The notes below the pieces were generated by a model. It saw only the letters and a list, made by a program, of their open reading frames with translations, did not search any database and had not been told where the DNA came from. DNA of 60,567 nt from Flavobacteriales bacterium. Lineage in GTDB: Bacteria > Bacteroidota > Bacteroidia > Flavobacteriales_D > Crocinitomicaceae. The DNA is taken from assembly GCA_947453715.1 (NCBI GenBank), contig CANGHX010000001.1, forward strand, positions 1-60,567. Reading direction: 5' to 3'. Shown one piece after another: positions 18,439 through 27,625 of the stretch. A program made the position numbers and the translations under genes. The stretch's first letter is position 1, and each line of letters starts with the position of its first letter.

Positions 18439-19065
18439 ATGGAAAACAAAATTGAATGTAAGAAAACGTTCCGATATTTTACTTTAGGAAATATTAAAAA
18501 AGCAAAACATTTACTAATTGTTTTACATGGTTATGGACAACTAGCTGAATATTTCATCAAAAAATTTGAAGATTTATCTGAAGATTTCTTTATCGTTGCA
18601 CCCGAAGGAATGCATCGTTTTTACCTAAAAGGCAGTAGCGGAAGAGTTGGTGCTTCATGGATGACAAAAGAAGCGAGAGAAACTGATATCTCGGATAATC
18701 TAAATTGGTTAAACGAACTTTATACTCAAATTAATTCAGAAAAGAAATTTGATCAAAAAGTAGTTCTAGGTTTTTCACAAGGTGGTGCAACAGCAGCTCG
18801 ATGGATCGATGAACGAAAAGATATTACAAGCTTTATTTTATGGGCGAGTGTTTTTCCTCCAGATCTATTAATTGGAAATGAAATAATTAATTCAGAAGAA
18901 CGTTCAAATCATTTTGTTTTAGGAAATGAAGATGAATATTTTACAAAAGAACAACAATCTGAATGTCTTTCCTTTTTCACTCAAAACAATTATAAAACGC
19001 ATGTTTTCAATGGTAAACACACGATTGACAATCAAATTTTAAAAACAATATTATCTGAAATTTAA
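18439..19065 (+). CDS. alpha/beta hydrolase (phospholipase/carboxylesterase-like)
   Basis: LIVLHGYGQ and nucleophile elbow GFSQGG. The ATG at 18439 is preferred over the upstream TTG at 18418. Confidence 0.7.
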   Translation: MENKIECKKTFRYFTLGNIKKAKHLLIVLHGYGQLAEYFIKKFEDLSEDFFIVAPEGMHRFYLKGSSGRVGASWMTKEARETDISDNLNWLNELYTQINSEKKFDQKVVLGFSQGGATAARWIDERKDITSFILWASVFPPDLLIGNEIINSEERSNHFVLGNEDEYFTKEQQSECLSFFTQNNYKTHVFNGKHTIDNQILKTILSEI

Positions 19066-19142
19066 ATTTTTAAAAGTTTTATTTCAAATTGATACTTTAA
19101 TTTGGCACAATTTCTGATATTTGTACTGAAAATAAGCAAAAC

Positions 19143-19793
19143 ATGAAAATTTTATTATTCGCATTCGCTTTAATTAGTGTGATTTCATTTGGTCAAGATA
19201 AAGAACAAAAGGATGCAAAATCTCAAGCAATTTTAGATAAATTATCTACAAAAATGAAAGGTTATAAATCTTTCTATATAGAATTTAGTGCTAATGTTAA
19301 AAATGCTTCTACTGGTACAAATGAAAGTGAAACTGGTAAAGGTTGGGTAAAAGACAAAAAATATTACGCCTCATATGGTGATAATACAATCATCTCGAAT
19401 GGAATCAAAACTTGGACGATCGTAAAAGAAGAGAAGAGTGTTTACGTTACTGATGCAAACGATGATGATGAAGAATCAATGAATCCTAAAAGATTAATGA
19501 CAATTTGGGAAACTGGATTCAAAAACAAATATGAGAAAGAAGAAACTTTAGGTGGAGAAACAGTTCATGTGATTTATTTATACCCTAAAAATGCGGCAAA
19601 AGTAAATTATCATACGATTGTTTTGTACATTTCTAAAAGTACTAACGAGTTGAAAAAAGCAATCTTAAAATCAAAAGATGCTACTGTGATGACTTACACA
19701 CTCTCAAAATTTACAGGTAATGAAACAATCGATGATTCAAAATTCGTTTTCGATCAAAAGAAATATCCAGGATATAAAGTGATTAAAGATTAA
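19143..19793 (+). CDS. LolA-like outer-membrane lipoprotein carrier family protein
   Basis: Signal peptide, ~216 aa, and a pattern resembling the LolA/LolB fold family. The call comes from overall similarity recalled by eye only. Confidence 0.5.
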   Translation: MKILLFAFALISVISFGQDKEQKDAKSQAILDKLSTKMKGYKSFYIEFSANVKNASTGTNESETGKGWVKDKKYYASYGDNTIISNGIKTWTIVKEEKSVYVTDANDDDEESMNPKRLMTIWETGFKNKYEKEETLGGETVHVIYLYPKNAAKVNYHTIVLYISKSTNELKKAILKSKDATVMTYTLSKFTGNETIDDSKFVFDQKKYPGYKVIKD

Positions 19794-19813
19794 TTTAATA
19801 TTAAATATATTTG

Positions 19814-19848
19814 AGAGGCTGTTCATAATTGAATAGCCTTTCTTTTTA
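19814..19848. terminator. hairpin terminator between convergent genes
   Basis: AGGCTgTTCA / TGAAtAGCCT stem followed by TTTCTTTTT. It sits between the lolA-like gene (+) and the paralog gene (-). Confidence 0.55.
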
Positions 19849-19856
19849 TCAATAAT

Positions 19857-20348
19857 TTACTTTATTATAAATGTTGTAGTTTCTTTTACTAATTGAATTT
19901 CATCTTTATTTGCTAAATGCGCCTTTAAAATAAATTCAATTTGTCTGTTACTATTTAATATATAAATTGATTTCGAACTATTAAAATCCGCCGAAATACC
20001 AAAATAATATTTTTCACCAATATTGTTATAAAAGGTATTATCACCATAAATTAAAAACGTTTTGACTTGCTCAGTTGATAATATTTGATTTTTTACATAT
20101 CTTATTTTTCCAGATCCTGCTCTTAATCTACCTCTTGTAAGAATAGAAAAAACAGCATAATCATCTTTAATCTGAAAATAACAAGTAGAAAGGTCTACAC
20201 TAAATTTTTCAGCAGTTCGCAATTGTTGAATTGAATCAATGATGTAAAAATTATCTTCCAAATTCCACTCTGAAACTGTATCATTTTCAGATTGAGAAAA
20301 AACAAATTGAAATGTAAGAACAAACAAAAAAAAGGTTAAAATTTTCAT
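19857..20348 (-). CDS. secreted hypothetical protein (paralog of 17895..18356)
   Basis: The track ORF extends to 20453. The ATG at 20348 gives MKILTFFLFVLTFQFVFSQ, a signal peptide. Confidence 0.6.
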   Translation of the reverse strand: MKILTFFLFVLTFQFVFSQSENDTVSEWNLEDNFYIIDSIQQLRTAEKFSVDLSTCYFQIKDDYAVFSILTRGRLRAGSGKIRYVKNQILSTEQVKTFLIYGDNTFYNNIGEKYYFGISADFNSSKSIYILNSNRQIEFILKAHLANKDEIQLVKETTTFIIK

Positions 20349-20411
20349 AATTGAATTAGGTTTAAAATTATTGGACTTTACTAAGGTATTAAAAAAATGA
20401 TTTGTATTGTC

Positions 20412-20449
20412 AAAAAAAAATGGTCTTTTCAATTTATAGAAAAGACCAT
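20412..20449 (-). terminator. rho-independent terminator of the E1 dehydrogenase gene
   Basis: ATGGTCTTTTC / GAAAAGACCAT is an 11-bp stem. The A9 run on the plus strand gives a T run after the stem on the minus strand. Confidence 0.8.
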
Positions 20450-20474
20450 TCAATTATTTACTTTAAGCTAATCT

Positions 20475-22475
20475 CTAATATGCCATTAATTCCATTAATG
20501 CCTCATCTAAACGTTGTTTTGGTAAAAACTGAACTTCTAATTGCTCTGCAAAAGGAACTGGTGTATCAATTGAGCCGATACGTTTTACTGGAGCATCTAA
20601 ATCTTTGAAACAATTCTCAGTAATCAAAGCAACCAACTCACCTCCTATTCCACCTGTGATACAATCTTCGTGCAGTACAATTACTTTCCCTGTTTTACGA
20701 ACAGCTTTATAAATTGCGTCAGTATCTAATGGCAACAAAGTTCTTAAATCGATAATTTCAGCAGAAATATCCGAATGTTTACTCATCAATTCAGTCGCCC
20801 AATGAACTCCCATACCATAAGTTATGATTGTTACATCGTTTCCTTCGCTAACAGTTCTTGCTTTACCAATCTCTACAGTGTAATACTCATCAGCAACTTC
20901 ACCTTTAATACTTCTGTATAAATTTTTGTGTTCAAAGAACATTACTGGATTTGGATCTTCAATTGAAGCCGCCAACAATCCTTTTGCATCTTCTGGTGTT
21001 GAAGGATAAACTATTTTCAAACCTGGAGTATGGAAAAACCAAGCTTCATTGCTTTGAGAATGGAAAGGTCCTGCTGCAGATCCAGCTCCAGTTGGCATAC
21101 GAACAACTACGTCCGCTTTTTCATTCCATCTCCAATGTAATTTCGCTAAATTATTTACGATTTGATTGAATCCACATGTTACGAAATCTGCAAATTGCAT
21201 TTCTACAACTGCTTTCATTCCATTGATTGACAAACCTAAACCAGCTCCAACAATTGCTGATTCACAAATAGGTGTATTTCTAATTCTATCTTTTCCAAAT
21301 TTATCAACGAAACCTTCCGTTACTTTAAAAGCACCACCGTATTCAGCTATATCTTGTCCCATGATTACCAATTCAGGATATTTCTCAAATGATTGAGATA
21401 AACCATCTTGTATTGCATCGATGAAACGTTTCTCTGTTTTTGTTCCTTTTGCTTCAACTACTTCTTGAGAAAATGGAGCATAAACATCTTTCAACTCATC
21501 TTCTAAAGAAGGAATGATTGCCGGTTCGTTATTCGCCTCATCAAAAGAAGTTTGAATTTCTTCTTTGATTTCGTTTTTAATTTGTTCCGCTAATTCATCC
21601 GTTAATATATTATTCTCTTTTAAGAATAATTCATAGTTTGAAACAGGATCTTGTTTTGACCATTCATCTTGTAAACCTTCTGGATAATATTTCGTTCCTG
21701 AAGCTTCCTCATGACCACGCATTCTAAACGTCATCAACTCTAGAATAAATGGCTTAGGATTTTCTCTGATTTCTTCGTTGATTTTACGAACTGCAGAGAT
21801 CACTTCTAAAATGTTATTACCATTTACTTGAACAGCTTGCATTCCGTAACCAATTCCCTTATCGATGAATTGTTTACATCTAAATTGTTCTACAGATGGA
21901 GTTGATAATCCCCAACAGTTATTTTCTACTGCAAAGATTACTGGTAAATCCCAAACGGAAGCAACATTTAAAGATTCGTGAAAATCTCCTTCTGAAGCTC
22001 CACCATCGCCTGTAAATACGATCGTAGATTTTTTATTTTTCTTCAATTTATTTGCTAAAGCAATTCCATCAGCTAATCCCAATTGAGGACCTAGGTGAGA
22101 AATCATACCAACAACTTTGTATTCTTGAGTCCCGAAGTGAAAAGAACGATCTCTTCCTTTTGTGAAACCAGACATTTTACCTTGAAATTGCGCAAACAAT
22201 CTATTTAATGGAATACCTCTTGTCGTGAAAATCCCAAGATTACGGTGCATAGGTAAAATATATTCATCTTGATCCATTGCGTAAGCACAACCAACTGAAA
22301 TACCTTCTTGTCCCCAACCAGAAAACCACTTCGTAATTTTACCTTGACGAAGTAAAATCAACATTTTTTCTTCAATTAAACGAGGTTTAACTAACGCTTT
22401 GTAAATCGTTATCAATTCATCGTTTTCGAATCCCTTTCTATCGTAATTGATATATCTTTTTTCTAGTACTTCCAT
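20475..22475 (-). CDS. fused alpha/beta E1 component of a 2-oxoacid (branched-chain type) dehydrogenase, TPP-dependent
   Basis: The N-terminal half resembles E1-alpha (GDGGASEGDFHE TPP motif). The C-terminal half resembles E1-beta (transketolase-like pyrimidine-binding and C-terminal domains). 666 aa. Confidence 0.85.
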   Translation of the reverse strand: MEVLEKRYINYDRKGFENDELITIYKALVKPRLIEEKMLILLRQGKITKWFSGWGQEGISVGCAYAMDQDEYILPMHRNLGIFTTRGIPLNRLFAQFQGKMSGFTKGRDRSFHFGTQEYKVVGMISHLGPQLGLADGIALANKLKKNKKSTIVFTGDGGASEGDFHESLNVASVWDLPVIFAVENNCWGLSTPSVEQFRCKQFIDKGIGYGMQAVQVNGNNILEVISAVRKINEEIRENPKPFILELMTFRMRGHEEASGTKYYPEGLQDEWSKQDPVSNYELFLKENNILTDELAEQIKNEIKEEIQTSFDEANNEPAIIPSLEDELKDVYAPFSQEVVEAKGTKTEKRFIDAIQDGLSQSFEKYPELVIMGQDIAEYGGAFKVTEGFVDKFGKDRIRNTPICESAIVGAGLGLSINGMKAVVEMQFADFVTCGFNQIVNNLAKLHWRWNEKADVVVRMPTGAGSAAGPFHSQSNEAWFFHTPGLKIVYPSTPEDAKGLLAASIEDPNPVMFFEHKNLYRSIKGEVADEYYTVEIGKARTVSEGNDVTIITYGMGVHWATELMSKHSDISAEIIDLRTLLPLDTDAIYKAVRKTGKVIVLHEDCITGGIGGELVALITENCFKDLDAPVKRIGSIDTPVPFAEQLEVQFLPKQRLDEALMELMAY

Positions 22476-22719
22476 ACTTTTATTTAATTGGACAATTTTG
22501 AGCTATAAAGTTAGAGAATATATTTCAGAAAGTATATCCAACATTTGAAGCAATTTTGGTTTTTCTTTAATCGAATCCGTTTTAAATTAAAGCTTGTGAT
22601 AATTTTATCAAGTTGTGATATTTATTTAACAGAAATACGTCCTAAACTAATTATTAACTTTTTTCAAAAAAGAGTTAATAAACAATCTGAAAAAATGAAA
22701 TTAATTATTCTTTAAAAGG

Positions 22720-22727
22720 TATATTTG
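22720..22727 (+). promoter_or_regulatory. -7 box TATATTTG upstream of icd
   Basis: Exact TAnnTTTG match, 26 nt upstream of the ATG at 22754. Confidence 0.45.
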
Positions 22728-22753
22728 TCAAAAATTATTAAAAAGAAAACATT

Positions 22754-23983
22754 ATGTCAAAAATTAAAGTAGCTAACCCAATCGTAGAATTGGATGGAGA
22801 CGAAATGACAAGAATCATTTGGAAATTCATTAAAGATAAATTGGTTTTACCTTACCTAGATTTAGATATCAAATATTATGATTTAGGAATCGAAAGCCGT
22901 GATGCTTCAAATGACCAAATTACAATTGATGCTGCTGAGGCAATTAAAGTTCACAAAGTAGGTATCAAATGTGCTACAATTACACCAGATGAAGACCGTG
23001 TAAAAGAGTTCAACTTGAAATCTATGTGGAAATCCCCAAATGGTACAATCCGTAACATTTTAGATGGTACTGTTTTCCGTGAGCCAATTGTTTGTCAAAA
23101 CGTTCCAAGATTAGTTACTAACTGGACTGCTCCAATTATCGTTGGTCGTCATGCTTTTGGTGATCAATACAGAGCTACTGATGCTGTTTTCAAAGGAAAA
23201 GGAAAATTAACGATGACTTTTACTCCTGAAGATGGAAGTGAAGTTCAATCTTTTGAAGTATACAATTACAAAGGAAATGGAGTTGGAATGGCAATGTACA
23301 ATACGGAAGAGTCTATCCGTGGATTTGCTAAATCTTGTTTCAACATGGCTTTAAGCAAAAAATGGCCTTTGTACTTATCTACAAAAAATACAATCTTAAA
23401 AAAATACGACGGTTTCTTTAAAGATATTTTCCAAGAAATTTTCGAAGCAGAATACAAAGCAAAATTTGATGAAGCAGGTATCGTTTATGAGCACCGTTTA
23501 ATTGATGACATGGTTGCTTCTGCATTGAAATGGAATGGTAACTTCGTATGGGCTTGTAAAAACTATGATGGTGACGTTCAATCTGATACTGTTGCTCAAG
23601 GTTTTGGTTCTTTAGGTTTAATGACTTCTGTATTAATCACTCCAGACGGAGAGGTTATGGAAGCTGAAGCTGCACATGGAACTGTTACTCGTCACTACAG
23701 AGATCACCAAGCTGGTAAGAAAACATCTACAAACCCAATCGCTTCAATTTTCGCTTGGACAAGAGGTTTAGCTTTCAGAGGTAAATTGGATAACAACCAA
23801 GAATTAATCAATTTCTGTACAAAATTAGAAGAAGTTTGTGTTGAAGTTGTTGAGTCTGGAGTTATGACAAAAGATTTAGCTGTATGTATTCACGGTAACA
23901 AAGTGAATCACGGTGAACATTACGTTTACACAGAAGAATTCTTAGATGCTTTAGATAATGCATTAAAATTAAAAGTAGGATAA
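22754..23983 (+). CDS. icd: NADP-dependent isocitrate dehydrogenase (eukaryote-like homodimeric type)
   Basis: [24 protein letters not shown]-terminus, with [15 protein letters not shown] and DGDVQSD motifs; 409 aa. Confidence 0.95.
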   Translation: MSKIKVANPIVELDGDEMTRIIWKFIKDKLVLPYLDLDIKYYDLGIESRDASNDQITIDAAEAIKVHKVGIKCATITPDEDRVKEFNLKSMWKSPNGTIRNILDGTVFREPIVCQNVPRLVTNWTAPIIVGRHAFGDQYRATDAVFKGKGKLTMTFTPEDGSEVQSFEVYNYKGNGVGMAMYNTEESIRGFAKSCFNMALSKKWPLYLSTKNTILKKYDGFFKDIFQEIFEAEYKAKFDEAGIVYEHRLIDDMVASALKWNGNFVWACKNYDGDVQSDTVAQGFGSLGLMTSVLITPDGEVMEAEAAHGTVTRHYRDHQAGKKTSTNPIASIFAWTRGLAFRGKLDNNQELINFCTKLEEVCVEVVESGVMTKDLAVCIHGNKVNHGEHYVYTEEFLDALDNALKLKVG

Positions 23984-24009
23984 TTCATTTTTCCTTCTAA
24001 TAAATATTA

Positions 24010-24043
24010 AACTCCTCGAAAGAAATTTCGGGGAGTTTTTTTT
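24010..24043 (+). terminator. rho-independent terminator of icd
   Basis: ACTCCTCGAAA / TTTCGGGGAGT is an 11-bp stem (one G-U pair) with a GAAA loop, followed by T8. Confidence 0.8.
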
Positions 24044-24065
24044 GACTTCGACTTCGCTCGGTCAA
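24042..24065 (+). repeat. conserved-loop hairpin repeat, copy B (TTGACt-TCGACTTCGCTC-gGTCAA)
   Basis: A 5-6 bp stem closes the same 12-nt core as copy A. It lies directly after the icd terminator. Confidence 0.6.
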
Positions 24066-24178
24066 CAAAAAAAAACTCCACTCAGCTAACAATAAAAAAC
24101 GCTCCTAAAAATTGATCTAAAATTTGAATTTATTTGATTTCAATTCTTAACTTAAGGTAATTAACCAAATTCTACCTT

Positions 24179-24514
24179 ATGAAAAAAGGATATATGTACA
24201 TTTTAGAATGTTCTGATAATAGTTATTACACTGGAAACACAATTGATCTAAAAAGAAGAATTCAACAGCATCAAAATGGAGAAGGCGCAAATCATACAAA
24301 AAAGAGATTACCAGTTAAGCTAGTTTATTTTGAAGAATATTACAGAATAGATATTGCATTCTATCGAGAAAAGCAAGTTCAAGGTTGGTCCAGAACTAAA
24401 AAAGAGGCTTTAATTTATGGAAAATATAATTCTTTACCTAAATATGCAGAATGTAAAAATGATAGTCACTGCAAACATTTTGGCTTAGACTCCGTTCAGA
24501 CAACAAAAGAATAA
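24179..24514 (+). CDS. small stand-alone GIY-YIG nuclease family protein
   Basis: GYMYILEC..YYTGNT..L.RR..QH..G....T motifs of the GIY-YIG (UPF0213-like) family; 111 aa. The last ~12 codons run into a degenerate copy of the hairpin-repeat core. Confidence 0.8.
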   Translation: MKKGYMYILECSDNSYYTGNTIDLKRRIQQHQNGEGANHTKKRLPVKLVYFEEYYRIDIAFYREKQVQGWSRTKKEALIYGKYNSLPKYAECKNDSHCKHFGLDSVQTTKE

Positions 24515-24559
24515 AAACAATTCGCTTATAAAAAAATAATTAATTATTTTGATGGAGGT

Positions 24560-24579
24560 GGTTGAGCGGAGCCGAAACC
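24560..24579 (-). repeat. conserved-loop hairpin repeat, copy D (reverse complement GGTT-TCGGCTCCGCTC-AACC)
   Basis: The core matches copies A and B at 10/12 positions and has its own 4-bp closing stem. It is inverted relative to copy B. Confidence 0.55.
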
Positions 24580-24627
24580 CCGACTTATTGATATTTTTAT
24601 TTATCTTTAATTCACAAATTAACTTTT

Positions 24628-25287
24628 ATGTTTCAATCCAAAAAAAATATTGTTTTCATAATCCTAGCAGGAATTTTTATTACCAATGCAGTGGTTGCTG
24701 AATTAATTGGTGGTAAGCTGATTCAAATTGCTGGCTATACTTTGAGTATTGGTATTTTGCCTTGGCCTATTGTGTTTATTACAACAGATTTGATTAATGA
24801 ATATTTCGGGCATAAAGGCGTTCGTAAACTAACTTTACTTACCGCAGCTTTAATAGCTTATGCCTTGGTTATATTATTGGTAGGACTTCAAGTTCCTGCT
24901 TCTTCAATTTCACCAGTAAATGACAATCAATTTTACGCCGTATTTGGACAAGGAGTTCTAATCATAATTGGTAGTATTATAGCATTTGTTATTTCACAAT
25001 TATTAGATATTGCCATTTTCTCTCATTTCAAGAAAAGAACAGGTGACCGTTATATTTGGTTAAGAGCAACTGGTTCAACTGTATTTTCTCAATTAATCGA
25101 TTCATTTATCGTTTTAGGTATTGCCTTTTACCTACCAGGTAAAATTACATTAAATGAGTTTTTTGCAATTGGATTTACGGGATATACCGCAAAATTAGTA
25201 ATAGCTGTATTACTGACTCCTTTTATATATTTGGGACATAACGTAATTGGCAATTATTTGAAAGAAGAGAAATTTATTGAATCTTAA
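24628..25287 (+). CDS. queuosine-precursor transporter (YhhQ/VUT family membrane protein)
   Basis: Multi-TM protein with the PWPIVFITTDLINEYFG motif; 219 aa. Confidence 0.8.
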   Translation: MFQSKKNIVFIILAGIFITNAVVAELIGGKLIQIAGYTLSIGILPWPIVFITTDLINEYFGHKGVRKLTLLTAALIAYALVILLVGLQVPASSISPVNDNQFYAVFGQGVLIIIGSIIAFVISQLLDIAIFSHFKKRTGDRYIWLRATGSTVFSQLIDSFIVLGIAFYLPGKITLNEFFAIGFTGYTAKLVIAVLLTPFIYLGHNVIGNYLKEEKFIES

Positions 25288-25338
25288 AAAAATTGATATA
25301 TTTATAAAAAATTAATTACTCACTTAAAATTTAAAAAA

Positions 25339-25725
25339 ATGAATTGGTATCTAACCGTTTTAAAAAAGTACGCTACATTTTCAGGTAGAGCAAGAAGAAA
25401 AGAGTATTGGATGTTTGTTTTATTTAACATTATTTTCTCAATTATTATTTCCGTTATTGATGGTATTATTTCTGGAGGAAATTACGAAAAAAATGGAATT
25501 ATTGGAACTATTTACTCATTAGCATTATTAATCCCTTCACTTGCTGTTGCAGTAAGAAGAATGCATGATGTTGGTAAGAGTGGTTGGTTTATTTTAATTC
25601 CTATTTATAATTTCATTTTAGCAGTTACTGAAGGTGATTCAGGTTCAAATGAATATGGTAACGATCCTAAAAGTGAAGGAAATGACATAAACAATGATGA
25701 CACTTTAGATAGTCATATGGTTTAA
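25339..25725 (+). CDS. DUF805-family inner-membrane protein
   Basis: FSGRARRKEYWMF and AVAVRRMHDVGKSGW motifs; 128 aa. Confidence 0.8.
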   Translation: MNWYLTVLKKYATFSGRARRKEYWMFVLFNIIFSIIISVIDGIISGGNYEKNGIIGTIYSLALLIPSLAVAVRRMHDVGKSGWFILIPIYNFILAVTEGDSGSNEYGNDPKSEGNDINNDDTLDSHMV

Positions 25726-25743
25726 TTGAAATAACTGTTTATG

Positions 25744-25769
25744 AAAGGGAGTTTTTACTCCCTTTTTTT
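25744..25769 (+). terminator. rho-independent terminator
   Basis: AAAGGGAGT / ACTCCCTTT stem with a TTTT loop and a T run. Confidence 0.75.
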
Positions 25770-25795
25770 ATGTTCAAAAATGAATAAATTCTTTG

Positions 25796-25803
25796 TAATT
25801 TTG
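25796..25803 (+). promoter_or_regulatory. -7 box TAATTTTG upstream of rluF
   Basis: Exact TAnnTTTG match, 16 nt upstream of the ATG at 25820. Confidence 0.4.
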
Positions 25804-25819
25804 CACTCAAACAAAAAGA

Positions 25820-26548
25820 ATGGAAGAATCTCAATCAATCAGAATAAATAAATATTTAAGTGAAGTTGGCTATTGCTCAAGAAGAGCTGCTGATAAATTG
25901 ATTGAAGAAGGTAAAGTCACTATTAATGGAAAAATTCCAGAAATGGGAACAAAAGTTGGCCCAACTGATGAAGTTCATGTAAATGGTAAATTAATTTCAG
26001 AAGCAAAAGAAAAATCTGTTTATATTGCTTTCCATAAACCAGTTGGAATTGTTTGCACAACAGATACAAAAGTTGAAAAAGATAATATTATCGAATACAT
26101 CAACTATCCAAAACGAATTTTCCCAATTGGTAGATTAGATAAACCAAGTGAAGGTTTAATCTTCTTAACCAATGATGGAGATATTGTCAATAAAATTTTA
26201 AGAGCTAGAAACAATCACGAAAAAGAATACATCGTTTCTGTAGACAAACCTATTACAAACGATTTCATTAAAAAGATGAGTAACGGTGTTCCTATTCTAG
26301 ATACAGTTACAAGAAAATGCTTCGTAGAACAAACTGGTAGATTTGAATTTAGAATAATCTTGACACAAGGTTTAAATCGTCAAATCAGAAGAATGTGTGA
26401 ATATTTGAACTATGATGTATATAGGCTTAAGCGAACTAGAATCATGAATGTAGAACTTGATTTACCTGTCGGAAAATGGCGATATATTTCTGAAGATGAA
26501 ATGATCGAAATCAATCGACTACTGGAAACGTCTCAAAAACATATATAA
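25820..26548 (+). CDS. rluF: RsuA/RluF-family 23S rRNA pseudouridine synthase
   Basis: S4 domain ([22 protein letters not shown]), catalytic [12 protein letters not shown] and the NRQIRRM motif; 242 aa. Confidence 0.85.
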   Translation: MEESQSIRINKYLSEVGYCSRRAADKLIEEGKVTINGKIPEMGTKVGPTDEVHVNGKLISEAKEKSVYIAFHKPVGIVCTTDTKVEKDNIIEYINYPKRIFPIGRLDKPSEGLIFLTNDGDIVNKILRARNNHEKEYIVSVDKPITNDFIKKMSNGVPILDTVTRKCFVEQTGRFEFRIILTQGLNRQIRRMCEYLNYDVYRLKRTRIMNVELDLPVGKWRYISEDEMIEINRLLETSQKHI

Positions 26549-26551
26549 AAT

Positions 26552-26581
26552 AAAAAAGACGTCTTAATAGACGTCTTTTTT
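26552..26581. terminator. bidirectional terminator between rluF and ftsY
   Basis: AGACGTCT / AGACGTCT palindromic stem with a TAAT loop, flanked by an A run and a T run. Confidence 0.8.
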
Positions 26582-26597
26582 ATAAGGTTTAATCACT

Positions 26598-27560
26598 TTA
26601 TGAAAATAAAGAATTTACAAATTCGTTTCGATCGAAAATTTGAAGATCTTCTATACCCTCTCCTATTCCGATGTATCTAACTGGAATTTTCATTTGATCT
26701 GAAATTCCAATCACAACACCACCCTTCGCTGTTCCATCTAATTTTGTTATCGCCAATGCATTAATATCCGTTGCCAATGAAAATTGTTTAGCTTGTTCAA
26801 ACGCATTTTGACCAGTTGAACCATCCAATACTAATAAGATTTCATGAGGAGCACCTGGAATTACTTTTTCCATTACTCGTTTGATTTTACTCAATTCATT
26901 CATCAAATTCACTTTATTATGTAATCGACCAGCTGTATCAATAATTACAACATCGGCATTTTGCGATTGAGCAGATTGTAACGCATCAAATGCAACAGAA
27001 GCTGGATCTGCCCCCATTCCTTGTTGAACGATTGGAACACCTACTCTTTCTGACCAAATAATTAACTGATCAACTGCTGCCGCTCTAAAAGTATCAGCTG
27101 CACCCAAAACTACTTTCTTATTAGCTTTCTTAAATTGATGCGCTAATTTCCCAATAGTAGTTGTTTTACCAACGCCATTAACACCAACCACCATAATAAC
27201 ATGTGGATTGCCTTCGTGCTTTGGTAAATCAAATCCAACTAGATTAGTCGCATTATTCTCTTCTAATAAATTAGCAATCTCTTCTCTTAGAACTGTATTC
27301 AACTCATCAGTTCCTAAAACCTTATCTCTAGAAACTCTCGCTTCAATTCGCTCGATAATCTTTAGAGTAGTCTCTACTCCAACATCAGATGAAATTAAAA
27401 TCTCTTCTAAGTTATCTAAAACCTCAGAATCAACTTTAGATTTACCGACAAGAATTCTAGCAATTTTACCAAAAAAACTTTGCTTTGTTTTTTCAAGTCC
27501 TTTATCTAGATTTTCTTTTTTCTCTTTCGAGAATAAACCAAAAAATGCCATATTAAACAA
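26598..27560 (-). CDS. ftsY: signal recognition particle receptor FtsY
   Basis: GVNGVGKTTTIGKLA, DTAGR and TKLDGTAKGG motifs. The start may instead be the ATG at 27551 (MAFFGLF). Confidence 0.95.
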   Translation of the reverse strand: MFNMAFFGLFSKEKKENLDKGLEKTKQSFFGKIARILVGKSKVDSEVLDNLEEILISSDVGVETTLKIIERIEARVSRDKVLGTDELNTVLREEIANLLEENNATNLVGFDLPKHEGNPHVIMVVGVNGVGKTTTIGKLAHQFKKANKKVVLGAADTFRAAAVDQLIIWSERVGVPIVQQGMGADPASVAFDALQSAQSQNADVVIIDTAGRLHNKVNLMNELSKIKRVMEKVIPGAPHEILLVLDGSTGQNAFEQAKQFSLATDINALAITKLDGTAKGGVVIGISDQMKIPVRYIGIGEGIEDLQIFDRNEFVNSLFS

Positions 27561-27625
27561 AATAACAAAAGCTTCCTTGTATAAGAAGGAAGCTTAATAT
27601 TTATTAAAAAGATATAATTTAAGAA

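Noticed and set aside
19100-19125. TGGCAC motif upstream of the lolA-like gene as a second sigma-54 promoter
   Set aside because: The -12 element is missing: TGGCAC-AATTT-CTGA instead of TTGC. Only the -24 half matches, and a 6-mer match is expected by chance.
22571-22580. TCGAATCC string reminiscent of a tRNA T-arm in the E1/icd spacer
   Set aside because: There is no GG before it, no acceptor or anticodon stems, and the surrounding sequence is AT-rich and unstructured. I recognised no tRNA-like cloverleaf anywhere in the window.
24515-24627. Possible preQ1 riboswitch upstream of the yhhQ-like queuosine-precursor transporter
   Set aside because: YhhQ-family genes are sometimes preQ1-regulated. 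Here I could not find the short P1 stem plus conserved loop and A-rich tail of preQ1-I, or any larger class II/III architecture. The only structured segment is the hairpin-repeat copy at 24560-24579, and it is on the opposite strand orientation.
27208-27597. 129-aa plus-strand ORF antisense to ftsY. Many similar 60-117-aa ORFs in the track belong to the same class: 8..289, 2202..2498, 7373..7558, 7466..7681, 8144..8374, 10624..10866, 16317..16598, 20402..20608, 20951..21169, 21166..21396, 23266..23457, 29723..29941, 30118..30330, 32752..32985, 34283..34480, 38879..39094, 39207..39467, 39799..40026, 42897..43100, 45520..45705, 47330..47533, 47639..47827, 48685..49038, 50242..50490, 52511..52699, 54964..55149, 55973..56251 and 58946..59155.
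   Set aside because: Each one lies entirely or largely inside a strongly supported gene on the other strand or in another frame. Their composition is low-complexity (S/L/F/K/T-rich), they have no recognisable motifs, and they have no start context of their own. They are expected by chance in AT-rich DNA with few stop codons in antisense frames.
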